This document shows, one piece after another, positions 13,112 to 26,784 of a stretch of 64,000 bases of DNA. The notes below the pieces were generated by a model. It was not told the origin of the DNA. It did not search any database and worked only from the letters and a program-made list of their open reading frames with translations. The DNA lies in the NCBI RefSeq assembly GCF_003704095.1, contig NW_020845097.1, positions 62,001 through 126,000 of the forward strand, written 5' to 3'. Each line of letters starts with the position of its first letter. Positions within the stretch are counted from its first letter, which is position 1. Both the position numbers and the translations under genes were made by a program. This DNA comes from Pocillopora damicornis. Lineage: Eukaryota.

Positions 13112-14839
13112 ATGGCGGGAAAAACGAGCCGCAGAGCGCGGGGATTCAAGTGCAAATATTTCCAGAGAGGAGGAAAACGGAATTCTATTCTTCAGTGTTC
13201 TAGACAGGTAACCATTAATTTTCTGTAATTTTTTTTAAGGGAAAAACATTTCGTCTAACAATTTACCATACCGTTCATTTTTCGCAAATAGATGTCCCTC
13301 CTCTGAATTTATATCCCGTTTTAGGAATACAAGTCTTCGAAGTACGGATTACCTAGAGATTCTCCTTAATTTAAATCTAGCGAACTGATTCCATGGCTTT
13401 TACAAGTAGCGAGGACGGCATTTTTCACTTTCTTCCGCCTCAAATTTCTCGCGAACAATAAGAGGACCTCAATTAAAAAAATACTAATACTAAAACCCCG
13501 CGCAATTAAAATACTCCGTGGAAAGAACTCTATTAGTGACATGCCGCAAACTTGGAATCTGCATATTTTAGGTTAAATAGTTTCGTGTCTTTTGTGTTTA
13601 TTCCTTTATATAGCTTATTTATTCATTTTTTATCTTACTCTCGTACTTGTTATATATTTAGGAATAAGGCTATTACAACCTTACGTCATCAATGGTAAAA
13701 CGCTGTCTTTACCAAAAAAACAGTTAACGCTGAATTTCATTAGCTTGTAACGTACGAAATTAAGCTTTAATTTGACTGACATCAAGAATCAAACTATCAT
13801 TTATATCTACACAGAAGAGTAAACTGAAACCATCTCAGATGACTGTACCATTCAGTTACACGCAGTCTCCGTTTCTGTTTCATCACGTTCCAAATTCGCC
13901 ATTTTTGTTGTCAACAAGGAGACCTGCGACACAATCACCAATCCCATTGGTTCCCGACGTCGAACTCGCGAGAAACAACAACTATTCTTCAAATGATGTA
14001 CTTCGAAATGGTAAGCCTAAGTGTAAAGAAAAGTTCGAATCTGTGCAAATGCAAGAAAGTTTAAAGAAAGCCAAAGGAATTGTGGCAAGAGAACAACTCA
14101 CCCTTCCCTACGCTCTTGGTGTTCCTCTTCATTAAATAAAGGAAGAAACGTTTGTACCTTTTTATACATTGGAACGAAACCAGCTGTCTTGCAAGCTAAG
14201 TTTTGCAATTGTTCTCTTTTCTTTTTCTGACAGGAACTTTTCTTTCTCCCACACCTGTAGTCCCATCAAATTCCAATCCAACAACACCACAAGCAACTCC
14301 AACCAGGATAAATGCTTCTTCTGATTCACAAAGAGGTAAACTCCAAACTTTCAAAATAAATTATTTTTTCTATATGGCAAGGTAGTCCTGAGTTAAATTG
14401 AAACCTTATGATTGGTTTCCACTCAGTCCTTGGTTTTGTTTGCAAAAGCCAATAAATTCAAGATAAACAAGTTTGGTCCAAGTGCCATGTAATAAACCAC
14501 TTACTGACTGCACTTGTTCAAGCTGTACTGCCATGACCTCAGGCCAATATTCCTCAGTACAGTCCTCGCACATGGTTAGTGCAAAATTAGTAAAATTGAT
14601 AGAGTCAGCAATAATTGAGCTCCTTTGTATTTACTATGAAAAAAAACAACCACAAGGAAAGGACAAGGGCTTGAAATATAGACCTTTGCATTGAACTGCA
14701 CTCATGAAATGGTAAACACAGGGTAAGATCCATTGTAACTTCCATAGTTGTTAGTTTTACATCAAAATGTTACATCTTTCAAATCCCTGAGCAAAAATGG
14801 TTTTTAGCTTTTGCTTTTATTGCAGTGTCAAGTAGTTAA
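13112..14839 (+). CDS. Small uncharacterised protein (~127 aa). Four exons: 13112-13207, 13839-14010, 14234-14335, 14826-14839
   Basis: ATG in a strong context and three GT-AG introns with consistent phases (0,1,1) give MAGKTSRRARGFKCKYFQRGGKRNSILQCSRQ-MTVPFSYTQSPF...DVLRN-GTFLSPTPVVP...SDSQR-VSSS*. No homologue recognised; the last exon is uncertain. Confidence 0.55.
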
Positions 14840-16107
14840 ATTGTGTGGCTAATGGCTTCCACAAATTTTAAGTTCATCATTTGAGTACTCTTATGGGCAC
14901 ATGCACTGGGTCAAAAGTTTAGTTTAGATCTTTTTGGGCAAGAGTTAACCACCGAACTGTGACATGAGAAAGAAGTACCCTTGCATTTTTTCCAGAACAA
15001 GTTGTTCCACATTTCTCTCCCATGATGGAAAATAAATCACTTAACAGAAAGGAAAGGAGGCTGGATATGTCACCAAAGCAGGGTACAGTTCCAGAGATTA
15101 ACCTGTTTTCAGGGGAAGAAATATTTGCTTGATGGCCATCCTGACCCTTCACACATCTCCCAATTGTACCTTGTGAAAAACAATTTTTAACATCGAGATC
15201 AGGATATTGTATGGTTCTTAGCTTTAAAACAAATCAACATTAAATTTGGTTTTACTCAACTAAATCTGAGGTTAGATATTGCATGCATATTTACAAAAAT
15301 TTTGTTGAATGTACAGTTCAGTCAGAGTTTTGGATGTACATTATGCAACAGTAAGTTATACAATGTTGGGCATTAGATAAAGAAGTTTGAATGAGTAACA
15401 ACTGCACTTTCATGAAAACCTAAAATTTGGAATGTAATGGTAATCATTCAAACTTGTTTTTATGAATTAGCCTCTATTCCAACTAACAAAAACAGAAAAT
15501 TGGGGCAAACATAATGTAAAATATTTATGCACACCGTCAATAAATTATCTTTAATTCCAACTTTATTTGGTGCATTGCAGCACATACTTTGGTATTACAA
15601 ATACAATTAGTTGAAGTTCTTGGATATTTTTGTTACAGACTTTTATGAGTAACTTTTTTAAACACAGTGTACTGAATATATTTCCCACAAATTGTGCAGC
15701 TATAAATAATTTTAATGAATTGTTGAATAAATTACCCACAAAAAGAACTGTTTGAAGTATTAAATTTCTATTTATAATTTCTAATATCAATATTTCTTGA
15801 GCTAGCAATTAAAGATTCATGCTTTATCTGAGAGAAAACATCCAGGAATATAAACAAAAACAAACTGAAAAAACTTGACCTAGAACTAATAAAGAGCAAT
15901 GGAAAATGATAAAGCACTGTGCATTAAAACTTTGACCATTGTGTCAATGAGTTAATTACTACAGTGTATTAGTCCAATTAAATATTGCATTCTACCTAAT
16001 TAGATACTAGATTTCCTGAGTTTCCAAGTGTGTTTAATACCAGCAGACATCAGTGGAGTCACATGTTTGAAATTGAGAAGATAGCCAAACTGTTCAAGCC
16101 ATGTTCC

Positions 16108-19100
16108 CTACTCAGTTTTCTGTTTTCTCTTCTTCTCTTCGAGTGCTTTCTCATAATTTTCTTTGGCAACTGCAATGCGTACCCACTTGGGTTTTTCAGA
16201 CACCAAACATCTTGCAATTACAGCACACAGTATCAAGAAATGCTCAATGCAAAACACAATAGCCACAACATACCTGAAAAATGAAAACAAATTGAGATTG
16301 CCAAGTGCAAATTAATAATATTAATACAGAAAACAATGGGAAATGTTATGTGTTTCTTATGATCTCATTTATCCTACTTACCTTCCATATCCAGAAACAA
16401 TGAACTGATCATTGTCAATGGTCTCATACATCCAGGGACACCAAATAGCAAGTTGTTCCGAAGAAAATCCAACAATTAAACTGTTTGTAAGCATGGAGAG
16501 GACCATCATCTGGTAAAGGACATTGTACCACACACCAATATTGGATACCCTGCGAAAGGACTTATAAATCTTAGCTTAGCAACCACACAGAGAATTCTAG
16601 GACAAGATATTGAGGACTTCTTTTTAATGACTTTTGAAGTGACCAAATAGAGAACTTTCTTCTCTTCCTGGATGAAATTATTCCTTGCCACACCACTCTT
16701 ACATAACATTCACTCATACAGCGAACAATGTAGACAGCGAATGTGTTTAGGCATCTTTAAGCCTTTAACTCCCAAGATCTCATTAGTAATTCTCTTTACA
16801 GTCTGCCATACAATTCTTATGATGTCAATTTGGAGAATTTGGTATTGAATCAACTAATAATCCCCTAATTGATATTTTGCTTTATTCTCATAACTTCTAT
16901 GCTGATATTGTTTTGATATTGTAAGGAGAAATTCTCTCCTGGTCACTCATGGGAGGTAAAGGGTTGATAAGGAAACAAGGAGCTCCTGGGGGACAGAAGG
17001 GACAAATGTCACTCAACAGCTGACCAGTTGCAGTACAGAGGCCTGGGGCTAATTCAAGTTATTTTGCAGGATAACAATAAATTGTTTTAGTCTTCATTAG
17101 TTTGAGCCAACAGACAAGTGAAAGACAGTTTGAATTTTGAGAATTTAGAAGTTCTGGGGTACTGTGTACATGTTCATGTTGACCTGCAAGGAACTAACCC
17201 TGGACATACCTTCTTACTCGTGGTCGTTGACACACATAAAGTAACTTGAACAAATCAGCCCTTCCCTCTATGAACAAGAACACGATGCTCACAACAGCAG
17301 CAAGTGGAAATGCAGAGGCAAACAGTGTCACATACTGGTGAACAAAAGAAATTGTTGATTGATTGCTATTGAAATTGCTGATACTTGAAGTATGCAGTAC
17401 ATATGTTGTATATGAACTTTGTAATGGGCCTTGCTCACCATAGAGTTTCTGCAGCTCAGTGGTAGAGCAGGGAACACAGAATTTGAACATCTGTGGTTAG
17501 ATTCCTCATGGGGACTTTGTCCCACGCTTGAGATAAGACAAAAAACATCTTTCTCTATTTCTTTACCAAGCTCAAAACTTTCCCTCTTATTCTAATAAAT
17601 TAATAAACATACTTGACTTAATTTTTCCATAATATGTAAAATTTAAAAGTCAGGAATCAGTGAACTATTGGAATTTAAAATATACTCTCCTTTTTCATGT
17701 TTTTTGTACAATTACCTAACTTTATAACCAGATTAATAATAAACTGCTAATTTGAAAAACTATACTTACCCCAAACTGTACAACCATTTCCAAATAATCA
17801 TCAAACTGTTCATATTCCTCTAAAACAATGTCCCGCTGAGCCTATCATCAGAAAGATGTGCTAATTAAAATTAAGACCAGACAACCAGTAGACCAAAAAT
17901 AAAATTAAAATGCAAGGAAAAATTAAATCTGAAGAAAACAATGCAACTTGTAGCTATGTTTGCATTATAAATGGTTGAACAGATCAGTGCATTCACCTGA
18001 GAAGGAATAAATGTTTTCTCTTCTGAATCCTTTTTGCTTTTAGCATAATCTCTCTGTATTTTCCATACATGACCTTTCTCTGTCAAATATGGGAGAATTG
18101 ATTCTGTTACTAGGCGACGAATTTCATCACCTAAGACAAAAACAGAAAGGCAAAAAAGTTGGTGAATCTAAATATTGAATCAGTGGAAATACAACTGCAA
18201 ATAATCCTCTTTTTGCTCAAATGACATTCCCAATTCCCCCCCACCCAAAAAAAAAAGGGGAATCCCAAAGGGGTATAACTTCACTCACACACTTACCCCA
18301 AAACAGTCCAACAAGTTCTCTCCTCAGAGCAACAACATTGAGCTGGTAGAATGCAATGTAGAAGAGAGGAAGGAAGCAGTCAAAGACCTCAAACAAGACC
18401 CGTTTTATTATAAGAGAGTTGTCCCAATCTTTTTCAGTCCTGTAAAAAACAAGAGAAAATTATAACAATTGAGTTCTTTCTGTAACAAAGTACAAAATTG
18501 TGTTCCATTGTGGAACAGAAAAATCACCCAAGATGAATAATCATTCTGTCCATTGCCATATCTATTGCTTAACCCTTTGCACCCTAATATCAGAATACAT
18601 ATTCTCCTTAGTGTTCTCTTGATACATTTCTGAGCTAACAAAGAGAATTCATTTCACAATCAAGAGATTCTTTAGTTGATCATTTCCTTTATTCTCATAA
18701 CCTCAATGTGTGATTCATGGTGATACTGTGAGGAGATATCAGATGCCAATCACTCTTAGGTGTCAGAGGGTTATTTGCAAAAAGTAATTTAAATTCCTAG
18801 CACTTAATAAATAAACATCCTTTTCATCAAATTTCATTTATATCTCAATGTCTTAACCTTTTAAGTCCCAGTAGAGACCCAGACAGAATTTCTCCTTACA
18901 CTATATGTATGATATCAAGCAGACATGTAATGAGAATAAAGAAAGATATCAACTAGGGGATTATTGGTTGATCCAATTTCAAATTCTCCAAACTAACATC
19001 ACATGAATTGTATGACAGACAGTAGGGAGAATTACTGATGAAATCTTGGGAGTTAAAGGGTTAAACACCTGCCATTCCTTGTCCAGGTTGTAGAGAACAA

Positions 19101-22100
19101 CTTGGCCATAATTTCTATTGCTTTAAATCATCTTATGCAGCTAAAGTTTTTTTTGTATATTTGTGTAATAATTTGAGAAAACAGGTTCAAACCATTACCT
19201 ATGATTTTCCAGATCAGTACAAAAGTGTGCCACAGAACGGTACAGTTTGTTCAAAATATTGATAACCACTGAATGGCCAATTGTAGGGATCAGGTAACCA
19301 TAGTACTTGTTATCAGCTGCAAAAATGTGGCCCTTATAATGATAATAATAATAAAAAAGAAATTATTAAATGATCAACAACAGTAAAACAAAAAAGGAGA
19401 CTTATAGAGCACTTTTCATTCCACTCCCTCATACAAAGGCTAACCCTGAATACACCCTATTCTTCAAACTGTTTTCCAAACAGTTCCCATGGTATTGAAA
19501 TGGAGAATTTGTTTAACAATCAAAGCTTATTAGGTTGGTGATCATTTCCTTTACTCTCATGACTCAACAGGTAGTATTACTTTTATATTTTATGAACATA
19601 AAGGAGAAATTAGAAGCTGGTCACTCTTAAGGTTAAAAGGTTTGAATACAGTCCATAACCTTTTTTTTTTTTATAGGAGTTTTTGTTACAGAAGCAATAA
19701 GAGATTACATTACAATAGTTAAAAAGATTTCTGGAGTTACCTTAAGTTAATTATAGGATGGGAAGTTTTCAGGATATTCAAGGTGCAACAGAGTGACAGA
19801 AAGCAGAAAATTCACAAAAGATCTACATGTACAGTTTTCACATTTTGCAGAAATGAATGAAAGAGGGAGGAATATATGAGAAGCCATGATAATTTAAGAG
19901 ATTATATGAGAAGTCTGAATAATTTAATGTCAGACAAGGTTTCCATCGGCTAAGAAATTTAGTAACTGAGATTCAACAATTGTATGTACTTCAATTCTCA
20001 GATAAATATTAATAGCTGAGTAGTGTTAGTTTGAAATATGATGTTTTGAGCAGTGAATTTCCATATGCTAAATACAATTTATTTCCAAAGATCAAAATAG
20101 GATAATGTACTGTACACTCACTATCACTTACAACTAAGATAACTTGATATATATAAATTTAATAATGGGAAGATGGATAAGTAAATTGTGGTTGAAATTT
20201 TCTCTTTGTTTAAAATCTTGTTTCAGTTAAGATTATGATTAATACAAACAAAGTAAATTACAAACAAAACTAGTTTGGACAAATATTTCAACCAAGAATA
20301 AAAGTTCACTCAAACAGCTCAGAAACTAACCGGTTCTGCAAAGTAAGCAAAGGATGCAATGTAGACAGGACTCTCTTTATCCTTGATGTATCCATTGAAG
20401 TTCAATGAACACAGCATTGCACCAATAGCCAACAGAAGGACTGGTAAGGTCAACATGAAACTTAAACCATAACGTAGCCATCTTTTCCATCTGGGAAAAT
20501 ACTTCTCTGGTTTGCCAGTTATAGGACTGGGCCGTATTTCACCAGAAAACTCAGGACGAAGCAGTTCTAAGTGTTCAAGGCCATGTGTTCGCCACAAAAA
20601 AGAATATTCTGATTCTTTTCTTTTCCATACCTGATAGTGAAATAAATTGATGTTTAATATTTAACAAATGATCCTACAAATGAGCAATAATTAGTGAGCT
20701 GAATGGGAAAAAAGTCGCTTGAAGAATTAAAAGAAATGATGAGTTCACAAGGCCATATATTGAAAAAATTAATTTCCCGACATGTCAATAAGTAATTGGT
20801 AAATTTACCCCCCTTTCATTGCTGAAAGATTAATTAGTAGCTAAAATAATTTAAGAAATTAATAGTTAATGATAGCTTTTGTAGAGAAGTTTGATGGTAA
20901 ATTTGTATGTTTTCACAACTGACATTATCATGATTGTAGAACCTACTGCATGTTAAGTAAAGAGTTAACCTTTCCACTCCCAAAAGTGATTGACTAGTAA
21001 CTTCTCCCTTTAACATCCACACATCATCCAGCAAACAGGTAATGAACATACTCAAACTTATCAGGTAGTTGTTATCTTGATCTATAGCCCCAAATTCTTG
21101 TAAATAAATTGCAAGGAAATATGTAGCAGCTAGAGAGAAAAATCAAAAGTCAGATCCTGGGAGTTTAAGGGTCTCAGGAGAGGCCATGATCTAATTGATT
21201 ATCAAGTCTTACATACTGTTAGAAAGCTGATTGCCCAGAAAGCCATTAGAACTTCATACAATGGTAACAGAGGGTTGTCATCCACAGTGACACCAGGTGG
21301 CTTGAAGAAATACAACAGGACTCCTGCAAAAGCTATTGGCACTAAAGTCCAGGTGAAACATGTCATCCATCCAAAATAAAATGCTACACTTTCTCCTACA
21401 AAAAAAAGTTACAGATTTATTTAGAGTGGAACCAATTTTGCTTAGCTTCCTCAGAGACAGATAAATGCCCCCTATACATTAAGAAAAAAAAAACAACAAA
21501 CAAACAACAATAATAACTTTCTCAGTGAATAATAAGGAACATAACTGTTACAGTGTCTGAAAGATATAATCTTGAAGGGGAAGGAGTGGGGAACTGAGGA
21601 TAGTATGGTAAGGGCATCAAGGATCATAGGAACAAAGCAGGAAACTGGATAAGATATCTACAGACTCATTCATAGTATAAAGATATTGAAATGGACAGCT
21701 CTTGGTACTGCACACTTCTGAATTAAAGATATTTCTCCCTTTTAAGAGGGTCTATTTTTATAGTCAAGACAATTATCAAAGTTATTTTTCACAGGCAGAT
21801 CATGGGTCCTTTCCAGTAAATTCAGCATGTACATATATCATATTCATTAGTCTTACATTTCATTTCAGATTGGTACAGTTACCGATAAACATAAAAGCAA
21901 TCCTAACATAATATTCATTTGATAAAAGTTCACTTTTACCATAGTAATCTCTAATTTCTTGCAAGGGACAAACAATCACATTTTGCTTCATTTTGTTCCA
22001 TATTTTCTCTTGTTCGTGGGGTTGATGAAGAGGCAAAGCAGACTCAAAAATTGGTGGCTTGGAATGCAGCAAGTCTGTAACAAATGAACCCTCCCCTCTG

Positions 22101-24061
22101 AAGGTAACACCAAGAGACTTCAAATGCTCCTAACAAAGAGGAAATAAAGTAAAGCAATTCATGGTTCTCACTGGTGAGACACAATTTAAGCAGTTGCAGA
22201 AATGAAAAAAAATCAGGCTTTGATAAGAGTTGAACCTGTGCCTCCCAGATACTATTTGGGTGCTACTACCAACTAAGAAACTAGGATACCAAGCCACACA
22301 CTGGGAGTAGCACATTTTAAAGAGTTCTTCTTTCTCGTGGAAGAATCTGATCATAACTTTATTTTTTACTTGGAACATTTAAAATTTAAGAAAAAAAATT
22401 GTAAACAAAATGATAATTGAATGTAATTTAATGTCACACAAGGTTTTTATCAGCTAATAAATTTCATAATTGAAATTCAACAATCATGTTCTTCAATCCT
22501 CAGATAAATAAATAGCTGAGTGCAGCATTTTTGCTAGTTATTCAAATAAAAAGCTGCATTAAGTCATTGAAACACACCTGACAAGAGCTAGTATCATGCA
22601 CTGTTCAAGGAGTAACCACAATCTGTGGCAAACTTACCACAATCATTGTTTTCTATGGTCTAGTAAAACATTATTTAGGATCAACTTACCCTGTTATACT
22701 GCACAGATTCCAAGCAAATCTCAAGCAGATATGCTCTTTCAGCTGGAGTGAAAAATGTTTCCTGATTTTCATTTCCAACATACTCGCTAAGCCTTTCAAA
22801 AACAAACTGGCAAATCTGTGAAAACATTTGTGAAAGTTGCAGCAATTTCAAGTTCATCAATCCTGTGAAATTTTTTTCTTCTAGTTCATTAATGAACAGC
22901 AAGAAACTCATTGTTACTGGCAGACAATAGATGGGCTTGATAAAGGTACCCTTTTGTCTGCCCCCTCCTGTTACCTACTACTTTTTGGGGCAGGAAGGAC
23001 AAAATGTAGCCTTTTCTAGGCTTTCAGTAAGTGGGCACTGGAAAAAGAGTGGAAAAGGAACAAAAATTGGTTGTGCCTGCCTGATCCTACTGTTTTCACT
23101 CAAAGGAAAGGGTAAAGCCAGCCTAAGTATACATTGAAAGCAAAAAGAAATAAATGAGCCCTTGAATCAATTGGGGTTGGGAGAGAGGGGGGTTAGGAGG
23201 CCTGTTCAGAACAGAAAATGAACTACACCCTACAAGTGCTTCACACTGGGTGAAAAAAACAAACTCGAGTCATTACGGGTGTGGCAAAAGAGGGTATTCG
23301 GGTGTAAGTAACCCCCCCTTCTCTTTGTCAAGAAATGGGAATAATTTATTGCAATTTAAAAAAATTAATTAAACCCTATCATCATCATTAGCACTGCCTT
23401 TACCATTATTTTGTGGCGGAAAAGTACAAAGTACAAACTTATCGGTACAAGTTAAACAATTCTGACAATTTACACGCATTAGTTTGTTGCAATATATCTC
23501 AGTCGGATCTGGGAAATATGAAATTATAGCCTCTCTAGTTAAACTCAATAATTTTAAAGGAACAAAAAGCATAATAACTCTCCAAAAGAATCGATATTTC
23601 TAAGATACACGAAGTATTAAAACGTGGCCTATGCTAATATTGATCATTAATATTAAACAAGAATAAAAAATTCTGCAGTGCATCCACTTGCAAACGACCA
23701 CGATAAACGTTCCTACCTTGTTTTCAGCTGTTGCTCTTTTCTCCAAACCGGTCTCTTCCGCCTAAACAAGAAGCTTTCTACTCAGTAATATTTCTTGTTC
23801 CTTAACGGTATCGAAGGCCCAAATAATTTTTTAAAAATACTCTTTGAGCAAAACAATTTGTTCGCTATCTGACCTAAGCACCAGCCTCACCTTCTGAGCA
23901 AGGACATCGAACTGAGCGCCGATGGTCAGTAAAGTTTTCCCTTCAAATTCCTCTCGGGTGACACTAAACTTTGCAGAATTTAGACAATCGATGATGTACT
24001 GTTTTATGTCTTCTTTGTGGCATTTTTCCGAGAAGCAAACAAGAAACTCCCCGACAGTCAT
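16108..24061 (-). CDS. Anoctamin/TMEM16 family channel-scramblase (ANO10/ANO8-like branch). About 12 exons: 24061-23891, 23761-23717, ~22815-22690, ~22128-21939, ~21395-21214, ~20631-20331, ~19333-19199, ~18440-18297, ~18131-17997, ~17841-17770, ~17334-17210, ~16550-16382, ~16274-16108
   Basis: The spliced translation contains canonical TMEM16 motifs: PLQEIRDYYGESVAFYFGW, WKRKESEYSFLW, RPEFSG...PITG..EKYFPRWKRWLRY, ENHRT, FDDYLEMVVQFGYVTLFASAFPLAA...IEGRADLFKL...RP, NIGVW and EH...KPKWV. Confidence 0.95.
16760..16967. mobile_element. piggyBac-type MITE in an anoctamin intron
   Basis: CCTTTAACTCCCAAGATCT...TGGGAGGTAAAGGG; highly similar to the 28833 copy. Confidence 0.8.
17445..17595 (+). mobile_element. 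tRNA-derived SINE (degenerate)
   Basis: A-box-like GCAGCTCAGTGGTAGAGCA and B-box-like GGTTAGATTCCTCATGGG, followed by TTTGTCCCACGCT..GATAAGAC..AAAACATCTTTCTC. A related inverted copy lies at ~63620-63735. Confidence 0.65.
18569..19064. mobile_element. Two adjacent piggyBac-type MITEs (18569-18774 and 18853-19064) in one anoctamin intron
   Basis: TTAA-CCCTTT...GAGGG-TTAT and TTAA-CCTTTT...AAAGGG-TTAA termini. Confidence 0.8.
19440..19645. mobile_element. degenerate piggyBac-type MITE
   Basis: TAACCCTGAATACACCCTA...GGTCACTCTTAAGGTTAAAAGG; the body matches the 6011 copy. Confidence 0.6.
20965..21172. mobile_element. piggyBac-type MITE in an anoctamin intron
   Basis: TTAA-CCTTTCCACTCCCA...TGGGAGTTTAAGGG. 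Confidence 0.75.
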
Positions 24062-25037
24062 GTTTAGATCTCTAGCTTCTAGCTTTAATTTGGGATACAG
24101 CCAAAGTAGTGTCACGCTTTACATCGTGTGACAGACTGGTCAAGGATTACCTTCCCTCCCTCCCTCGGATAGCATCTTAAGACTCATCTGCAACCTAAAG
24201 GAACGCACTGTTATTTAAATTGGGATCTTTTCAGAGAGGAAGACTGTAATAAAGTATGGTATTTCTTTTAACTTTTTAACTTTTCTGTCAGTGTGCTTAG
24301 ACCGCATCTCTTCGCCAAAAGAAAACAAGAAACTTCATCCCCAAAGCTACTAAACTAAAACATTTCAGTGGCACAATTTTAGCAGGAACGACAAAATAAA
24401 TTAAAATAAAAGGGTACGGGGGATAGCCGAGCAGAAAATTGAATATAAAATAAATTATGATAAATGGATGGTCTAAATTAACGTCACTGGCTGCGGGTAT
24501 TTTATCAAGTTAAGCTATCATTTGGCGGGTACTTATACCTGGAACCAATTCCATTCGAAATCAAGTCCCATGTTCTTATGACAATAAACTGGTTAAATAT
24601 ACACTGACAGATTCATCTTTGTTCGTTTATTTCTCAAATATTAAGCCGACCAAATTTTACTAACTTACTCTAAAGAAACATTTCTTCCAACAAACAACGT
24701 TTTTCTCAATATATTTCACCAAGAATAGCAAAATTCTATATTTCCTGTCAACTTTTCTCTTCAAAAAGCGATTTCATTTTAAACTAGACTTGTATCAATT
24801 GAAGTATTCCCTGTTAAATGTTTTATTACCTGCGAGCTAGAAATTCAGTGATATTGTGACTGTCTTACAAGCATTTCTTTTGAAAAATGAAAAATCACAA
24901 ACACTTCTCAAAGCAACAAAAGACTAATGAATAGAAGTATTCTAATTTCATTCAAAGTTTCATCTATCGAATCCCAAAGCTACGGAAGGTTGTAACACAA
25001 TCGATCGAAAAATAAAACGCGTAACATCTTGAAACAG

Positions 25038-26030
25038 TTATAGTGATTTGTGCTCTTCCTCCTTGTTCGATCGAAGACTCTTACCAAACCATAACACTAT
25101 ACCGCAGTTAATTACACAAATAAACACCATAAGACCTAAACTGTTCCCAAATGTTGCAATTGGGAAACGCTCCAAATCGTTTCGTCTCGATTCCATTTGG
25201 ATTTGAATGGCTGTGAATTGATCCGCTGCCCCAAGAGCAGTGAAAACATGGAGGAAGTGATGGCTGTGGCCAACGAAATCGAACACACCGGGTATTAACC
25301 GCTCAGGCATTCGCGACATGTTGGCTAACGCAGAAATTAGGTAGAAGACCGAGTGACGTCGGAAATAGGAGATGGCGAGCTGCTCTTCCGGCGTATCAAA
25401 CTGGGATGGTGAATCCACAAATACACGATGTAAATATGGGAAACTGTTGAAGAAAAACGCTAGCACAAAGCAAAGCGTGCGAATAACGTATTTCATCTTA
25501 GGCCATCTGTGCCTCGAGGCACAACAGGTGAAGGTTGAGAAAACGGAAATTAAACATGAAATCGCTAGGAAAGCGCTACAGGAATTGAACAAAGTGTCAC
25601 TACTATTCAGAGAGCGACTGTAGAAGTAGAATGCTTGTCCTGCTCCGACACTGTAAACACTAATTGCTGAATAATCGAAGAAGAAGCAAATGTGTCGTAC
25701 TCTCGGAGACATGGAGTTGAAAAGATGTGCTCCAGAACTCATCAATAAAAATCCGCAGATTCCAATGGCAAATGACAGCAAAGGATACACATAGGCGTCC
25801 TTGATAAGAGAATATTTCGAGAATAAGAACGTAAAACGTACCAGGAAAAGCAGAAAAGGGACAAAGTGTGTCCAAACGTTGACAGTTTCGTTCAGTGGCA
25901 AGAAAGCACTCTTCACACAATCCATCGCCGTACTGTAAGGTTTGCGATAGCCAGAACAGATGAACATTTCGCGGAATTGAGCGGGAACTTCATCCGAGCG
26001 CAAGCCGAACTGTTGCCGTTTCTTCTCCAT
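25038..26030 (-). CDS. Progestin and adipoQ receptor (PAQR), class II membrane progestin receptor-like; intronless CDS, 330 aa
   Basis: Motifs EVP..FRE..I.SGYR, NETVNVWTH, SSGAHLFNSMS...FFFDYSAIS and PERLIPGVFDFVGHSHHFLH, plus seven hydrophobic segments. The paralogue (PAQR5-9) cannot be resolved by eye. Confidence 0.95.
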   Translation of the reverse strand: MEKKRQQFGLRSDEVPAQFREMFICSGYRKPYSTAMDCVKSAFLPLNETVNVWTHFVPFLLFLVRFTFLFSKYSLIKDAYVYPLLSFAIGICGFLLMSSGAHLFNSMSPRVRHICFFFDYSAISVYSVGAGQAFYFYSRSLNSSDTLFNSCSAFLAISCLISVFSTFTCCASRHRWPKMKYVIRTLCFVLAFFFNSFPYLHRVFVDSPSQFDTPEEQLAISYFRRHSVFYLISALANMSRMPERLIPGVFDFVGHSHHFLHVFTALGAADQFTAIQIQMESRRNDLERFPIATFGNSLGLMVFICVINCGIVLWFGKSLRSNKEEEHKSL

Positions 26031-26784
26031 TTTGGCTTAGTAGCTAAAAATAATTTTACAATTCTTTTCAGGGAACTCGCATGGTACAACTGATAATTTG
26101 GTCTCAGTTCACGGCGTGATACTTCAGTTTTTTATTTCAAGCCGGTGAAATAATTGTTCGCAGTAGTGCTGCACATTCATTGGCTGATATTTAATATTGT
26201 GGTTTTTCCTTTCATGAATAAATTATGCAATAATAATTAGACAGCGTCTCTTTTGAACTACTTGATCTTGCTTTCTTGAAAAAAATGTTGCATATCAACA
26301 ACATAATTCAAACTTGTGAATTTCGTTTTTTTTATTATTTTTTTTTCTCTTTCTTGCAATCCCAAACGTACTGAAATATACAAATGTTTTGGGTACATGA
26401 TTTTCCATTGAAAGAATAAATTGGCCTGGACTAGACTAGTGGAAATTTGGATCAAAGAACAGAAGTAAATGTCAGTTAGGTTGACCAAACCTTCCAAATT
26501 AAATAGAAAAATCTTGGGGAAAAGAGTGTCACCAATGACCAAGTTGTTAGTACTTTCAACCACTAACTGTAATCAATTTTGAGCAAAGAAAGGGGAACAG
26601 GCTGGAAAATCAGGGTTTTCACACTGTTCTCTTCTTGTCTCCAGTGGTACTAGTGAGGAAAATTTGTGTGACAAATTAGGAGCTTTTAAATTGTTGATCA
26701 TTTTATTCATTCTTATGACCATTAGATTGATTCAAGCAAGTTTATTGGAGAAATTTGCAGTCAGTCACTATTAGGAATCTAATC

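Noticed and set aside
17194-17525. ORF-track extensions upstream of the anoctamin YVTLFASAFP exon, and a possible tRNA gene
   Set aside because: The upstream part is intron plus a decayed SINE head with no complete cloverleaf.
25372-26093. Short ORFs overlapping the PAQR CDS (also 29962-30186 over the Rab exon and 63042-63368 over the TGF-beta exon)
   Set aside because: They are antisense or alternate-frame shadows of real coding exons.
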